The position numbers and the translations under genes were made by a program. Shown piece by piece: positions 37,066-45,743 of a stretch of 64,000 nucleotides of DNA. Where the stretch lies: contig CAAGAN010000033.1 in assembly GCA_900767825.1 (NCBI GenBank), positions 128,533 to 192,532 of the forward strand, read 5' to 3'. Numbering within the stretch: position 1 is the stretch's first letter; each line of letters starts with the position of its first letter. Under the pieces are notes generated by a model. The model saw only the letters and a program-made list of their open reading frames with translations, made no database searches and was not told the DNA's origin. This DNA is from Bacilli bacterium (GTDB lineage Bacteria; Bacillota_I; Bacilli_A; RFN20; CAG-826).

Positions 37066-38157
37066 TTAGATAAGGTTATGATCGACACAATATTTATAGA
37101 AGGATCTTTCGCCATCGAAATCAGAATCTTTTGCATCTGTATAACCAGTATGTGAATAAAGGTTATATAGATAATAGGCACCAGTTCCTTCTTGGTTCTT
37201 ATCACCATCTTTGGATAATTCCTTGAAGGCATGGACAACTGCATCTTTCTTTTCTTTTGATAAGTTGCTTCTAGCAGAGATGGTATCGTTATAGATTCCA
37301 TCGGTGATAGCGATTACTTTATAATCAGTGAATAATTTCTTATCTTGATAATGAGCAGAATCGGATTTGGAATAGAAGTTAGAATATCTAACATCGGTAT
37401 ATCCCCAGAATCCAGCAACTTCACCTTTCATCATGGCTTCGCAAGCAGCGGAATAACCGGATTTGCCAAAGTCACGACCCTTGATTTGCTTAGAGGCATC
37501 GGTGATTTCATCAACCATGGACATGCCGTGGTCAGCAAGATATTTTAAAGGACGTAAATATCCAGCCCCGGAAGTATTTCCCATACGACCAACAGTTTTG
37601 CCAGCCATATCAAGAATATCAATCTTGCCATCTTTGTTGACATCAACGTAGTCTTCATTTCTAACGACTAATTGGGAAGTATACCAGTTGACTTGTTCGG
37701 TGGATTGTTGTCCAAGGTATTCATAGCCTTCGACTTCGCCGTTCATGGCCTTGATTTGTTCAGCTTCGGTTTTATAGTCTTTTTGAACTTGGTATCCATC
37801 ACGGACAGAAGTAACTAAAACTTCGACTTTTCCTGGATTTTTTAGGGTAACTTCGGCATAGCCAGAAGCAGTAAGGAATCCAATATCGATTTGGTCAGCT
37901 AACAAAGCAGTTGTAGTTGCAGCATAATCGGTACCAGTAGTAATGGAGAACTTGTAATTTGGTTCGATCTTTTCAAGAAGAGGAGCCATCTTTTTGGCTA
38001 AAGTAGCTAATTTTTCTGGAGCATTAGAAGGAACGAATTGGATTTTGATGGTTTCCTTTTCATCACCAGGTTCGGTTGAATTGCCGCCACAAGATGCAGC
38101 GATAGCGGCTACACTAAGGAGTCCGCCGAGTAGGAAGAATTTATTGACTTTCTTCAT
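37066..38157 (-). CDS. phnD: phosphate/phosphite/phosphonate ABC transporter substrate-binding lipoprotein
   Basis: 363 aa. Lipobox AASCGG. IKIQFVPSN ... YAATTTALLADQIDIGFL is typical of the PhnD family. Confidence 0.8.
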   Translation of the reverse strand: MKKVNKFFLLGGLLSVAAIAASCGGNSTEPGDEKETIKIQFVPSNAPEKLATLAKKMAPLLEKIEPNYKFSITTGTDYAATTTALLADQIDIGFLTASGYAEVTLKNPGKVEVLVTSVRDGYQVQKDYKTEAEQIKAMNGEVEGYEYLGQQSTEQVNWYTSQLVVRNEDYVDVNKDGKIDILDMAGKTVGRMGNTSGAGYLRPLKYLADHGMSMVDEITDASKQIKGRDFGKSGYSAACEAMMKGEVAGFWGYTDVRYSNFYSKSDSAHYQDKKLFTDYKVIAITDGIYNDTISARSNLSKEKKDAVVHAFKELSKDGDKNQEGTGAYYLYNLYSHTGYTDAKDSDFDGERSFYKYCVDHNLI

Positions 38158-38293
38158 GTCATATCCTTTCAGGCCTATAAGCCGGAGTTATACTAGATTT
38201 GGTTTAAGGTTGAATTTAATTCCTCTTGCCAATTCCAATCTAACTATCTCTACAATGTAAACTATTCGGGCGCAAAGAAAAGAACTATTTTTT

Positions 38294-38307
38294 TGAAAGC
38301 GCTATCA
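38294..38307 (-). promoter_or_regulatory. cre (CcpA operator) consensus match upstream of phnD
   Basis: TGAAAGCGCTATCA matches TGWAANCGNTNWCA at every specified position. It lies 137 nt upstream of the phnD ATG. Confidence 0.5.
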
Positions 38308-38537
38308 TATAGAAAAAGATACACTTCTTATTTGACTTAAAGTATAATTAAATTTCTAAAAGATTCGATAAATACGGAACTTTTGTTTTTTGTAATAAAT
38401 TATTTTACTCTAATAAAAGCCATCTTACTAGACAGGAAAAATTATTTTTAGTTAAGGCAAGTGCTTATAAGTCTTTTAAGAGTTTTGCATTATTCATTTT
38501 TTAATAACATTTTAAAAAATTCCAAGCAACCCCTCTA

Positions 38538-38565
38538 ACAAAAAAGCCCCTCACTTAGGAAGGGC
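38538..38565 (-). terminator. rho-independent terminator of degV
   Basis: GCCCUUC-CUAAGU-GAGGGGC (7 bp including one G-U pair), followed by UUUUUUG on the minus strand. Confidence 0.8.
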
Positions 38566-38582
38566 GAAACAACTAGATAATA

Positions 38583-39440
38583 TTATTCAACGTGGCCATC
38601 GCCATCATTGAAATAAAGTATTCCAAGGCAATGAGGACCGCAATGGCAAGAAATAGTAGCACCTGCAGTTGTAGGAATTATTTCCTTGAATCCTTCTTTT
38701 TTTAGTCTTTCTCTAACTGCAGCAACAACTTCATCTGGAGCGGTCGAATAAGTAATAAATACACGGCTATGGTCAGGATTATTATATTTAGCTAATGTAT
38801 CTTCTACATAACCCATGACAGCCTTAAGCATGTTGCCTCTATATTTGCCCCCTACTCCCATCTTTCCATCCTTAACATAGATGGCAGGCTTGATTTTTAA
38901 TATATTGGCACCAAGCATCTTCAAATATGAGCATCTTCCGCCTTTATATAGATAATTAACTGATTCAAGGGAGAAAGAAGCTTGGTCAAATGGGATTCTT
39001 TCTTTTAATAAATTAACTATTTCTTCTGGGGCATGGTTATTTTTAGCAAGAATAGAAGCGTAGATAGCTTGAAGAGCAATGCCAGTAGAAAGAGACCTAG
39101 TATCGATAACATCAACCTTATTATCTAATTTAGCAGCGGCATTTCTAGCATTAAGACAAGCACAAGATATTTCACTAGATAAACAGAAATGAATTACATG
39201 GTCATATTCTTTTAAAAGGGATGTGAAATGTTCACTGTATTGATATTCATTAACCGCGGCTGTATGAGGTAAAGTGCCGGTTTTCTCTGTATATTCATAA
39301 AGATCTTCAGGCTTAACCTCGCCATCTAATCCTTGTTTCTCGCCCATAACCAAAGTAAATGGAAGGGTATGGATATCATATTTAGCTAAAAGTTCTTTTG
39401 GTAAATCGATTGTAGATTCGGCCGATATAGCAATTTTCAT
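38583..39440 (-). CDS. degV: DegV-family fatty-acid-binding protein
   Basis: 285 aa. MKIAISAESTIDLP ... typical DegV length and N-terminus. Confidence 0.85.
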   Translation of the reverse strand: MKIAISAESTIDLPKELLAKYDIHTLPFTLVMGEKQGLDGEVKPEDLYEYTEKTGTLPHTAAVNEYQYSEHFTSLLKEYDHVIHFCLSSEISCACLNARNAAAKLDNKVDVIDTRSLSTGIALQAIYASILAKNNHAPEEIVNLLKERIPFDQASFSLESVNYLYKGGRCSYLKMLGANILKIKPAIYVKDGKMGVGGKYRGNMLKAVMGYVEDTLAKYNNPDHSRVFITYSTAPDEVVAAVRERLKKEGFKEIIPTTAGATISCHCGPHCLGILYFNDGDGHVE

Positions 39441-39442
39441 AA

Positions 39443-40525
39443 TTAATTGTTCTCCTTTAAAGGCTTAATAAGTTTCTTCTTTTTGCATTTAGCCCATTTA
39501 TTATAAATCCTAAAATAATATTCTCGCCACAATTTAGATACATTATCCTTGCAGTAATATGATGATATCTTCTCACTTTTATTAACTGCATCTTTATAAA
39601 AAGAGCTATCAGTTGCAAGCTTTTTTATTACATTAGAAAAGGATGCAACATCATTCCCGACTAGATAATCATTAAATAAAATGTCTTTATACAAATCTAA
39701 ATCTCTAAGTAGGAATGGGGTTTTTGTAGAGGCGGCTTCTAATATGGACATCGGGAATAATTCATTATAAGAAGGCATGAATAATAAATCCGCCATATTG
39801 AATATCTCATTCATTTGCTTCCTTGGGATGATACCTAGGAATCTAACATTGCTAGGAGGATTATCCATGACTTTTTTAAGTTCTTCATATCCATCCGTTA
39901 GTTTTCCAAAGCTAAATCCACCAGCCCAGACAAACATCTTGTCAGGGTTATCTTTTGCAACTTCAACAAAATCTAGTACCCCTTTTCTAGTCTGGACCTG
40001 CCCTACTCCAATCGTAACGAATTTATCCTTATCTATATTATATTTATCTTTAATCTTATCCTTTTCTTCTTTTGGAAGGGGATGGAACTGGGTTGTGGAA
40101 ACATAATTTGGAATGTAGGTTATGTTTTCTTCTTTCATCCCAAGTTCTACTAAAGGTTTAATAAAAATTGGGTTAACTACAACGATTTCATCAGCTTTTT
40201 TATAAGTCGCGATGACATATTTCTTAAATATATTGAAAGCGAATTTAGGTAGATGAATGGATCCATCTAAAGTAGTTGGCAAGAAATGGACATAGATGAC
40301 ATTTACATGATGTTTGTTCATCCTAACATAGAATTTAGGATTAACTGTATGCACATGGTAAATATCAGCCTTTCCTTTGTCTTTTTTCTCTAGGACTGTA
40401 AATACATCCTTATTTTCTTTTACTAGACTTACTTGTTCTAGATAAGCACTGCCGACTCCTTGTCCTTCAACTGAAGTAGCTTCAGAAAGCATTCTTATTC
40501 TTAAGTGATTGATTTTATTTTCCAT
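39443..40525 (-). CDS. GT4 glycosyltransferase, glycolipid (glucosyl-diacylglycerol) synthase-like
   Basis: 360 aa. LFMPSYNELFPMSILEAAS (GT4 E-x7-E region). Adjacent to degV. Confidence 0.7.
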   Translation of the reverse strand: MENKINHLRIRMLSEATSVEGQGVGSAYLEQVSLVKENKDVFTVLEKKDKGKADIYHVHTVNPKFYVRMNKHHVNVIYVHFLPTTLDGSIHLPKFAFNIFKKYVIATYKKADEIVVVNPIFIKPLVELGMKEENITYIPNYVSTTQFHPLPKEEKDKIKDKYNIDKDKFVTIGVGQVQTRKGVLDFVEVAKDNPDKMFVWAGGFSFGKLTDGYEELKKVMDNPPSNVRFLGIIPRKQMNEIFNMADLLFMPSYNELFPMSILEAASTKTPFLLRDLDLYKDILFNDYLVGNDVASFSNVIKKLATDSSFYKDAVNKSEKISSYYCKDNVSKLWREYYFRIYNKWAKCKKKKLIKPLKENN

Positions 40526-40574
40526 GGGAATATTCTACAAAAATTACGTTAAGAAAACTATTGCTAATATATAA

Positions 40575-40606
40575 GAAAAAAGCCTAACCATCGGTTAAGC
40601 CTAATT
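40575..40606 (-). terminator. terminator downstream of tRNA-Thr
   Basis: AGGCUUAACC-GAU-GGUUAGGCU followed by UUUUUU on the minus strand. Confidence 0.75.
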
Positions 40607-40612
40607 TTCATT

Positions 40613-40686
40613 TGGTGCCCTCACCCTTAGTCGAAAAGAGGTCTGATCCTTACCATGGATCCGTTCTACCGCTGAACTATGAGGGC
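40613..40686 (-). tRNA. tRNA-Thr (anticodon GGU), CCA encoded
   Basis: Hand-folded cloverleaf. Acceptor GCCCTCA/TGAGGGC, D arm GTTC-AGCGGTA-GAAC, anticodon arm GATCC-ATGGTAA-GGATC, variable loop AGAC, T arm CTCTT-TTCGACT-AAGGG, discriminator A, CCA. 74 nt in total. Confidence 0.9.
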
Positions 40687-40727
40687 GGTAAGCCGATAAG
40701 CTCGCTACAAACTCTTTCGGCTTGATG

Positions 40728-40756
40728 ATTATAGTAAGAACCCCCACTAGTAGCAA
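40728..40756 (-). promoter_or_regulatory. sigma-A promoter of tRNA-Thr
   Basis: TTGCTA (40756-40751), 17-nt spacer, TATAAT (40733-40728). Confidence 0.65.
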
Positions 40757-40786
40757 GAACTTTTTTCGAATTTTCCCATTTTTATG

Positions 40787-41497
40787 CTAGTTAACGCCGA
40801 CATAGGACAAATATGGGGTAGAAATCATGGTTTCACTATCAATTGAGCCGGTAGTGCTTAAACATACCCTTCCTTTTCCTCTTGATTTATCTAACCCTTC
40901 ATAAGTAGTTAATTTATTCACATCTAACGTAACATTCTTATAAGTTAAAGATGTGTATGTACCAATTTTATAAAGTATACCCTTATAATCCAAATATCCT
41001 TCATTATCAGAAATTATCTTCATCTCCCCTTCAATAACAAAGGAATAGATTTTCGAAGAATTAGACTCCAATTCATTAGCCTTATGTTTCCCAAAATATA
41101 ATGACGAAAGATATGGGGTTTCCAATAAATCCATGTCATTATTGCAATAGGAGCCGTTCGCATAAGTGATAACTCCGATACAATCCTTATTATCTGTAAA
41201 TATATTAGAATCGATTTCATCATCGCTTAACAATTTGTCGTCCTTATAGATGTCCGTGCCTAAAATGTTAATGCCGTTATCAACTTTCTTAGGATTGATT
41301 TTAAATAAGGTGCCATTCCATTTGAAATAGGAATTACCTTCAAGATCATAAATGCTTCCTTCCACTTGATTAGTAGAAATAGTTTTAGATAATAGGATAC
41401 ATTCATTGCCAAAATCTTTAGACGAAGATTCTTGATGTCCGCAAGAAATTAAAGCCAAAGAAACTAAAAAAGATAATAATAAGTTTTTGGTTTTCAT
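40787..41497 (-). CDS. lipoprotein, two-module (A-B) member of a local paralog family
   Basis: MKTKNLLLSFLVSLALISCG from the ATG at 41497 (AGAGGA RBS). The ORF-track start at 41518 is a TTG. The N-half aligns to the 136-aa neighbour and the C-half to the 119-aa neighbour. Confidence 0.65.
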   Translation of the reverse strand: MKTKNLLLSFLVSLALISCGHQESSSKDFGNECILLSKTISTNQVEGSIYDLEGNSYFKWNGTLFKINPKKVDNGINILGTDIYKDDKLLSDDEIDSNIFTDNKDCIGVITYANGSYCNNDMDLLETPYLSSLYFGKHKANELESNSSKIYSFVIEGEMKIISDNEGYLDYKGILYKIGTYTSLTYKNVTLDVNKLTTYEGLDKSRGKGRVCLSTTGSIDSETMISTPYLSYVGVN

Positions 41498-41644
41498 TTT
41501 TATAATCCTCTCTTTCAATGTTTAGGATTTATCTAGCATTTCTGACAATGCCAAAGTTCATCCCGCTATCATAATAACCTTAAATTAAACTAAAAACAAT
41601 ATTACAATTACGGATTTACAAACTTCTAAAACACGTAATTATAT

Positions 41645-42004
41645 TTATAGGATATAAAGGCTTTTTAACACAAAATGCGATAAATCCTTATAATCTTCAT
41701 AAGAATCATCAAAAGCAGACATTTGGAAACATATTGTTCCTCTTGCATCTACTCCATCTACAAAATGATAGGTTTTTTTATCTACTGTTCCCTCTCCGTT
41801 AACATCTAGACGAGTCTTTTCGTAATCAAATTCAAATAAAATCTCTTTGTAATTAAAATATACTTCTTCATTAGAAATTACTTTTATAGTTCCAATTAAT
41901 TCAAAACTAATGAAAGTAGGTTTCTTTTTATTTTCAATAGAATTAGAGGTCCCACAAGAAGCAAATAATGATGCCGAAATTAAGAATAATGCAATCTTTT
42001 TCAT
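41645..42004 (-). CDS. lipoprotein, B-module-only paralog
   Basis: 119 aa. Lipobox LFASCG. GAGGGGG RBS. Confidence 0.65.
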   Translation of the reverse strand: MKKIALFLISASLFASCGTSNSIENKKKPTFISFELIGTIKVISNEEVYFNYKEILFEFDYEKTRLDVNGEGTVDKKTYHFVDGVDARGTICFQMSAFDDSYEDYKDLSHFVLKSLYIL

Positions 42005-42016
42005 GTTAACCCCCTC

Positions 42017-42427
42017 TTAATTTAGTCTAAGCTCCGCTAAATAAGGCGCTACGAATGACTTATCCTGCCAGGCACAACTTTCATCGCTTCCATTTGCATA
42101 ACATATTTTGCCAAGGCAAATCGCACCTTCTTTAAATGTATTTTCATCAATTTTTTTATGGTCTAGACGTTTGCCATTACGATAAATAAGAGTTTGAGGC
42201 ATCGTAAAAGAGAGACCTTTGCTTAATAAAATCTTGAAGTAAGCCCCATCAAATTTAAAGTAATCGCCCTCTCCAGGTATTTTATGTATTTCTCCTTCTA
42301 ATTCTTTAGTAAGAATAAAACGATTTATCATTATGCAAGAATTGTTACTAGATGAAGATTCTACTTCCCCGCAGCTAAATAGGCCAATAGAAGCTAAACC
42401 CAATAAAATTAATTTTTTGAATTTCAT
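42017..42427 (-). CDS. lipoprotein, A-module-only paralog
   Basis: 136 aa. Lipobox GLFSCG. AAGGGGA RBS. Confidence 0.65.
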   Translation of the reverse strand: MKFKKLILLGLASIGLFSCGEVESSSSNNSCIMINRFILTKELEGEIHKIPGEGDYFKFDGAYFKILLSKGLSFTMPQTLIYRNGKRLDHKKIDENTFKEGAICLGKICYANGSDESCAWQDKSFVAPYLAELRLN

Positions 42428-42546
42428 AAATCCCCTTTTTGTTCATTAGAAAATGATAATGCCACTAATTTTAAGTATCAATATCCGCTAACCTAAAAAG
42501 GGGAAAATGTAGAATTTATTGGAGTAAAAAACCCATCAATATTCAA

Positions 42547-42560
42547 TGTAAGCGTTTTCA
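42547..42560 (+). promoter_or_regulatory. cre (CcpA operator) consensus match upstream of pflB
   Basis: TGTAAGCGTTTTCA matches TGWAANCGNTNWCA at every specified position. It lies 96 nt upstream of the pflB ATG. Confidence 0.55.
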
Positions 42561-42655
42561 ATAAAGTTAAGTTATCTTTCATGAGCAAATCCTTAGACTT
42601 GATGCTACTTATTTTGTTATACTAGCCACGCAAAAAACAGGAGGAAAAACCAATT

Positions 42656-44899
42656 ATGATCAATGAAGAATACTACGATACATTCAAAGGTTCCAAATGG
42701 AAAGAAGACATCGATGTAAGAGACTTCATCGTCTCTAACTACACTCCTTATGATGGAGATGAATCTTTCTTGGAAGGACCAAGCGAAAATACCTCTGCCT
42801 TATGGGCAAAATTACAAGAACTCCAAAAGAAAGAAAGAGAAAATGGCGGAGTACTTGATATGGAAGAAGATGTCGTCTCTTCTTTAACTAGCTATGGCCC
42901 TGGCTACCTAGATAAAGATAAAGAAGTAGTCGTCGGACTCCAAACCGATAAGCCACTTAAAAGAGCTTTCATGCCTTATGGCGGTATCAAGATGGCAGAA
43001 GAAAGCCTTAAGACTTATGGATATACCCCAAATCCAGAATTACATAAGATTTTTACTACCTATCACAAAACCCATAACGATGGAGTTTTTGATGCCTATA
43101 CACCAGAAATACTCCACTGCCGTCACAATAAGATAATCACTGGTCTTCCAGATACTTATGGAAGAGGAAGGATTGTCGGCGACTATAGACGTATTGCCTT
43201 ATATGGTATCGATTACCTTATCGAAAAGAAAAAGGAAGATCTAACACTTACCGACGATGGGGAAATGTGCGAAGAAATCGTCAAGGAAAGAGAAGAAATC
43301 TCCATGCAGATAAAAGCCCTTAAGCAAATTAAGGAAATGGCTTCTATCTATGGATTTGATATCTCTAAGCCTGCAAAAGATGCCAAAGAAGCTTTCCAAT
43401 GGCTATATTTTGGCTATCTTGCTGCTATTAAGACCCAAAACGGCGCTGCCATGTCAGTTGGTAGAATCTCTACTTTCTTAGATATCTATATTGAAAGAGA
43501 TCTCCAAAAAGGAATATTGACCGAAAAAGAAGCCCAGGAATTAGTAGACCAAATCGTCTTGAAATTCCGTATGGTCAAATTTGCCCGTATCCCTTCTTAT
43601 AACGCCTTATTCTCTGGTGACCCAATCTGGGCAACCTTAGAAGTTGCTGGTATGTGTAGCGATGGAAGAAGCATGGTTACTAAAAATGACTTCCGCTTCT
43701 TGCATACATTAGAAAATATGGGACCAAGCCCAGAGCCAAACCTCACTGTCTTATATTCTTCTAAATTACCTATTGGATTTAAGAAATATGCATCCCATAT
43801 CTCTATATTAACTAGCTCCATCCAATATGAAAATGATGATGTCATGCGCCCAGTCTGGAAAGATGACTATTCTATTTGCTGCTGCGTCTCCGCTACTGAA
43901 ACTGGTAAGGAATATCAATTCTTCGGAGCTAGAGCCAATTTAGCAAAATGCTTGCTATATGCGATTAATGGTGGCGTTGATGAAAAGACATTTGAACAAG
44001 TCGGTCCAAAATATCGTCCTTGCGTTGGAGAATATCTTGACTATGAAGATGTCCTAGAAAAATATAAGGATATGATGAAATGGCTTGCCAAAGTCTATGT
44101 CGAAGCCTTAAATATCATCCATTACATGCACGATAAATATTATTATGAAGCTGCTGAAATGGCTTTAATTGATTCCCATCCAATGAGGAGCTTTGCCACT
44201 GGTATTGCCGGATTTAGCCATGTTGTCGACTCTTTAAGTGCTATAAAATATGCCAAAGTCAAGCCAATTAGAAACGAAAAGGGCATTGCCGTTGATTTTG
44301 AAATCGAAGGCGACTTCCCACGCTACGGTAACGATGATGATAGAGCTGACTTAATTGCTGTACATTTGTTAAAGACTTTCATGGATTATATCGCTTCTAG
44401 AAAGACTTACCGCAACTCCAAGCCAACTACTTCCATTCTTACCATCACTTCTAATGTTGTATATGGAAAGGCTACTGGAACTCTACCAGATGGAAGAAAA
44501 GCCGGCGAACCTCTTTCCCCAGGCGCTAACCCAAGCTATGGAGCTGAAAAGAATGGATTGCTTGCTTCCTTGAATTCTTTATGCAAACTTCCATATGAAT
44601 ATGCTCTTGATGGTATCTCTAATACCCAAACAATCAATACCGATTGCCTTGGACATAGCGATTCCGAACGTATCTCTAACCTAGTCAATGTCCTTGATGG
44701 ATATTTTGATGGAGGTGCCCACCACCTTAATGTCAATGTATTCGGCAAGGAAAAACTAATCGACTGCATGAACCATCCAGAAAAGCCAGAATATGCAAAC
44801 TTCACTATCCGTGTTTCTGGTTATGCTGTAAAATTTATTAACTTAACAAAGGAACAACAGCTCGATGTCATTGCTAGAACCTGCCACGAACACCTCTAA
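42656..44899 (+). CDS. pflB: formate C-acetyltransferase (pyruvate formate-lyase)
   Basis: 747 aa. Active-site ICCCVSA and glycyl-radical motif [17 protein letters not shown]. Confidence 0.95.
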   Translation: MINEEYYDTFKGSKWKEDIDVRDFIVSNYTPYDGDESFLEGPSENTSALWAKLQELQKKERENGGVLDMEEDVVSSLTSYGPGYLDKDKEVVVGLQTDKPLKRAFMPYGGIKMAEESLKTYGYTPNPELHKIFTTYHKTHNDGVFDAYTPEILHCRHNKIITGLPDTYGRGRIVGDYRRIALYGIDYLIEKKKEDLTLTDDGEMCEEIVKEREEISMQIKALKQIKEMASIYGFDISKPAKDAKEAFQWLYFGYLAAIKTQNGAAMSVGRISTFLDIYIERDLQKGILTEKEAQELVDQIVLKFRMVKFARIPSYNALFSGDPIWATLEVAGMCSDGRSMVTKNDFRFLHTLENMGPSPEPNLTVLYSSKLPIGFKKYASHISILTSSIQYENDDVMRPVWKDDYSICCCVSATETGKEYQFFGARANLAKCLLYAINGGVDEKTFEQVGPKYRPCVGEYLDYEDVLEKYKDMMKWLAKVYVEALNIIHYMHDKYYYEAAEMALIDSHPMRSFATGIAGFSHVVDSLSAIKYAKVKPIRNEKGIAVDFEIEGDFPRYGNDDDRADLIAVHLLKTFMDYIASRKTYRNSKPTTSILTITSNVVYGKATGTLPDGRKAGEPLSPGANPSYGAEKNGLLASLNSLCKLPYEYALDGISNTQTINTDCLGHSDSERISNLVNVLDGYFDGGAHHLNVNVFGKEKLIDCMNHPEKPEYANFTIRVSGYAVKFINLTKEQQLDVIARTCHEHL

Positions 44900-45656
44900 T
44901 ATCAAAGTTAGATCAGATAAAATCGAAAGCTTCGGGCTTGTAGATGGTCCAGGTGTTAGATCGATATTATTCCTTTCCGGTTGCCCCTTAAGATGTCTAT
45001 ATTGCCATAATGTTGAGATGCAAAATCCTAACTGTGGTAAAGAAATCACTCCAAAAGAAGCCTTTCTTGCCTTAACTAGGTATAAAAGGTATTGGGGGCA
45101 AACTGGAGGGGTTACTATTTCTGGAGGGGAACCACTTCTATATCTAGATTTCCTTATCGAATTAGGGAAGCTTCTTAAAAAAGAAGGGATATCGATGGTT
45201 ATTGATACTTCTTTAGCAACATTTAGTTTAGACCCAGATTATCTAGCTAAATTCGATGAACTTCTAAGTTTAACATCTTTATTCTTATTGGATTTAAAGG
45301 CAGTTGATCCAGAATTACATAAAACCATCACGGGGAAAACAAATTCAAATATCATCGAAGGATTTAATTACCTTAATGAAAAAAACTTCCCTGTCTGGAT
45401 TAGATATGTACTTCTTCCAACTTATACCGATTCAAAGGAAGTATTGCTAAAATCCAAGGAATTCCTATCTAAATTCAATAATATCGATAGGGTTGAGATT
45501 CTTCCTTATCACGCCTTGGCTATCCCTAAATACGAGAAACTTCATATCGAATATAAACTAAAAGATATAGTAGCCCCGTCTAAAGAAGAGATAGAAAGAG
45601 CGAATAAGCTTCTAGATACTGCTTCATTTAACAAATACTTAAGTAGGACCTATTGA
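44865..45656 (+). CDS. pflA: pyruvate formate-lyase activating enzyme (radical SAM)
   Basis: 263 aa. [26 protein letters not shown]. The only ATG overlaps the pflB 3' end by 35 nt. Confidence 0.9.
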   Translation: MSLLEPATNTSNIKVRSDKIESFGLVDGPGVRSILFLSGCPLRCLYCHNVEMQNPNCGKEITPKEAFLALTRYKRYWGQTGGVTISGGEPLLYLDFLIELGKLLKKEGISMVIDTSLATFSLDPDYLAKFDELLSLTSLFLLDLKAVDPELHKTITGKTNSNIIEGFNYLNEKNFPVWIRYVLLPTYTDSKEVLLKSKEFLSKFNNIDRVEILPYHALAIPKYEKLHIEYKLKDIVAPSKEEIERANKLLDTASFNKYLSRTY

Positions 45657-45676
45657 GGTTCTACTTTTTTTATATA

Positions 45677-45711
45677 GAAAAAAGACGTCCCCAGGAATAA
45701 GGACGCCTTTT
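45677..45711. terminator. bidirectional terminator between pflA and the 270-aa lipoprotein gene
   Basis: GACGTCC ... GGACGCC hairpin with one mismatch, flanked by A6 on the left and T4 on the right. Confidence 0.6.
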
Positions 45712-45743
45712 ATAGAAAGGAGGTTCAACACCAAGAATGCAAA

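Noticed and set aside
37056-37301. 81-aa minus-strand ORF overlapping the 3' end of phnD in another frame
   Set aside because: It is fully nested in phnD. Its composition is typical of an off-frame read, and no RBS is present.
40526-42427. tRNA-associated integrative element or genomic island
   Set aside because: There is no integrase, excisionase or phage or conjugation gene. I could not see a direct repeat of the tRNA 3' end. The lipoprotein genes lie on the 5' (promoter) side of the tRNA rather than the usual 3' attachment side.
42428-42655. ZTP (pfl-motif) riboswitch or other riboswitch upstream of pflB
   Set aside because: The conserved CCGCCUGGG-type pseudoknot element and the GGGUCGUG-like core are absent. 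Only a cre box and promoter-like elements were found.
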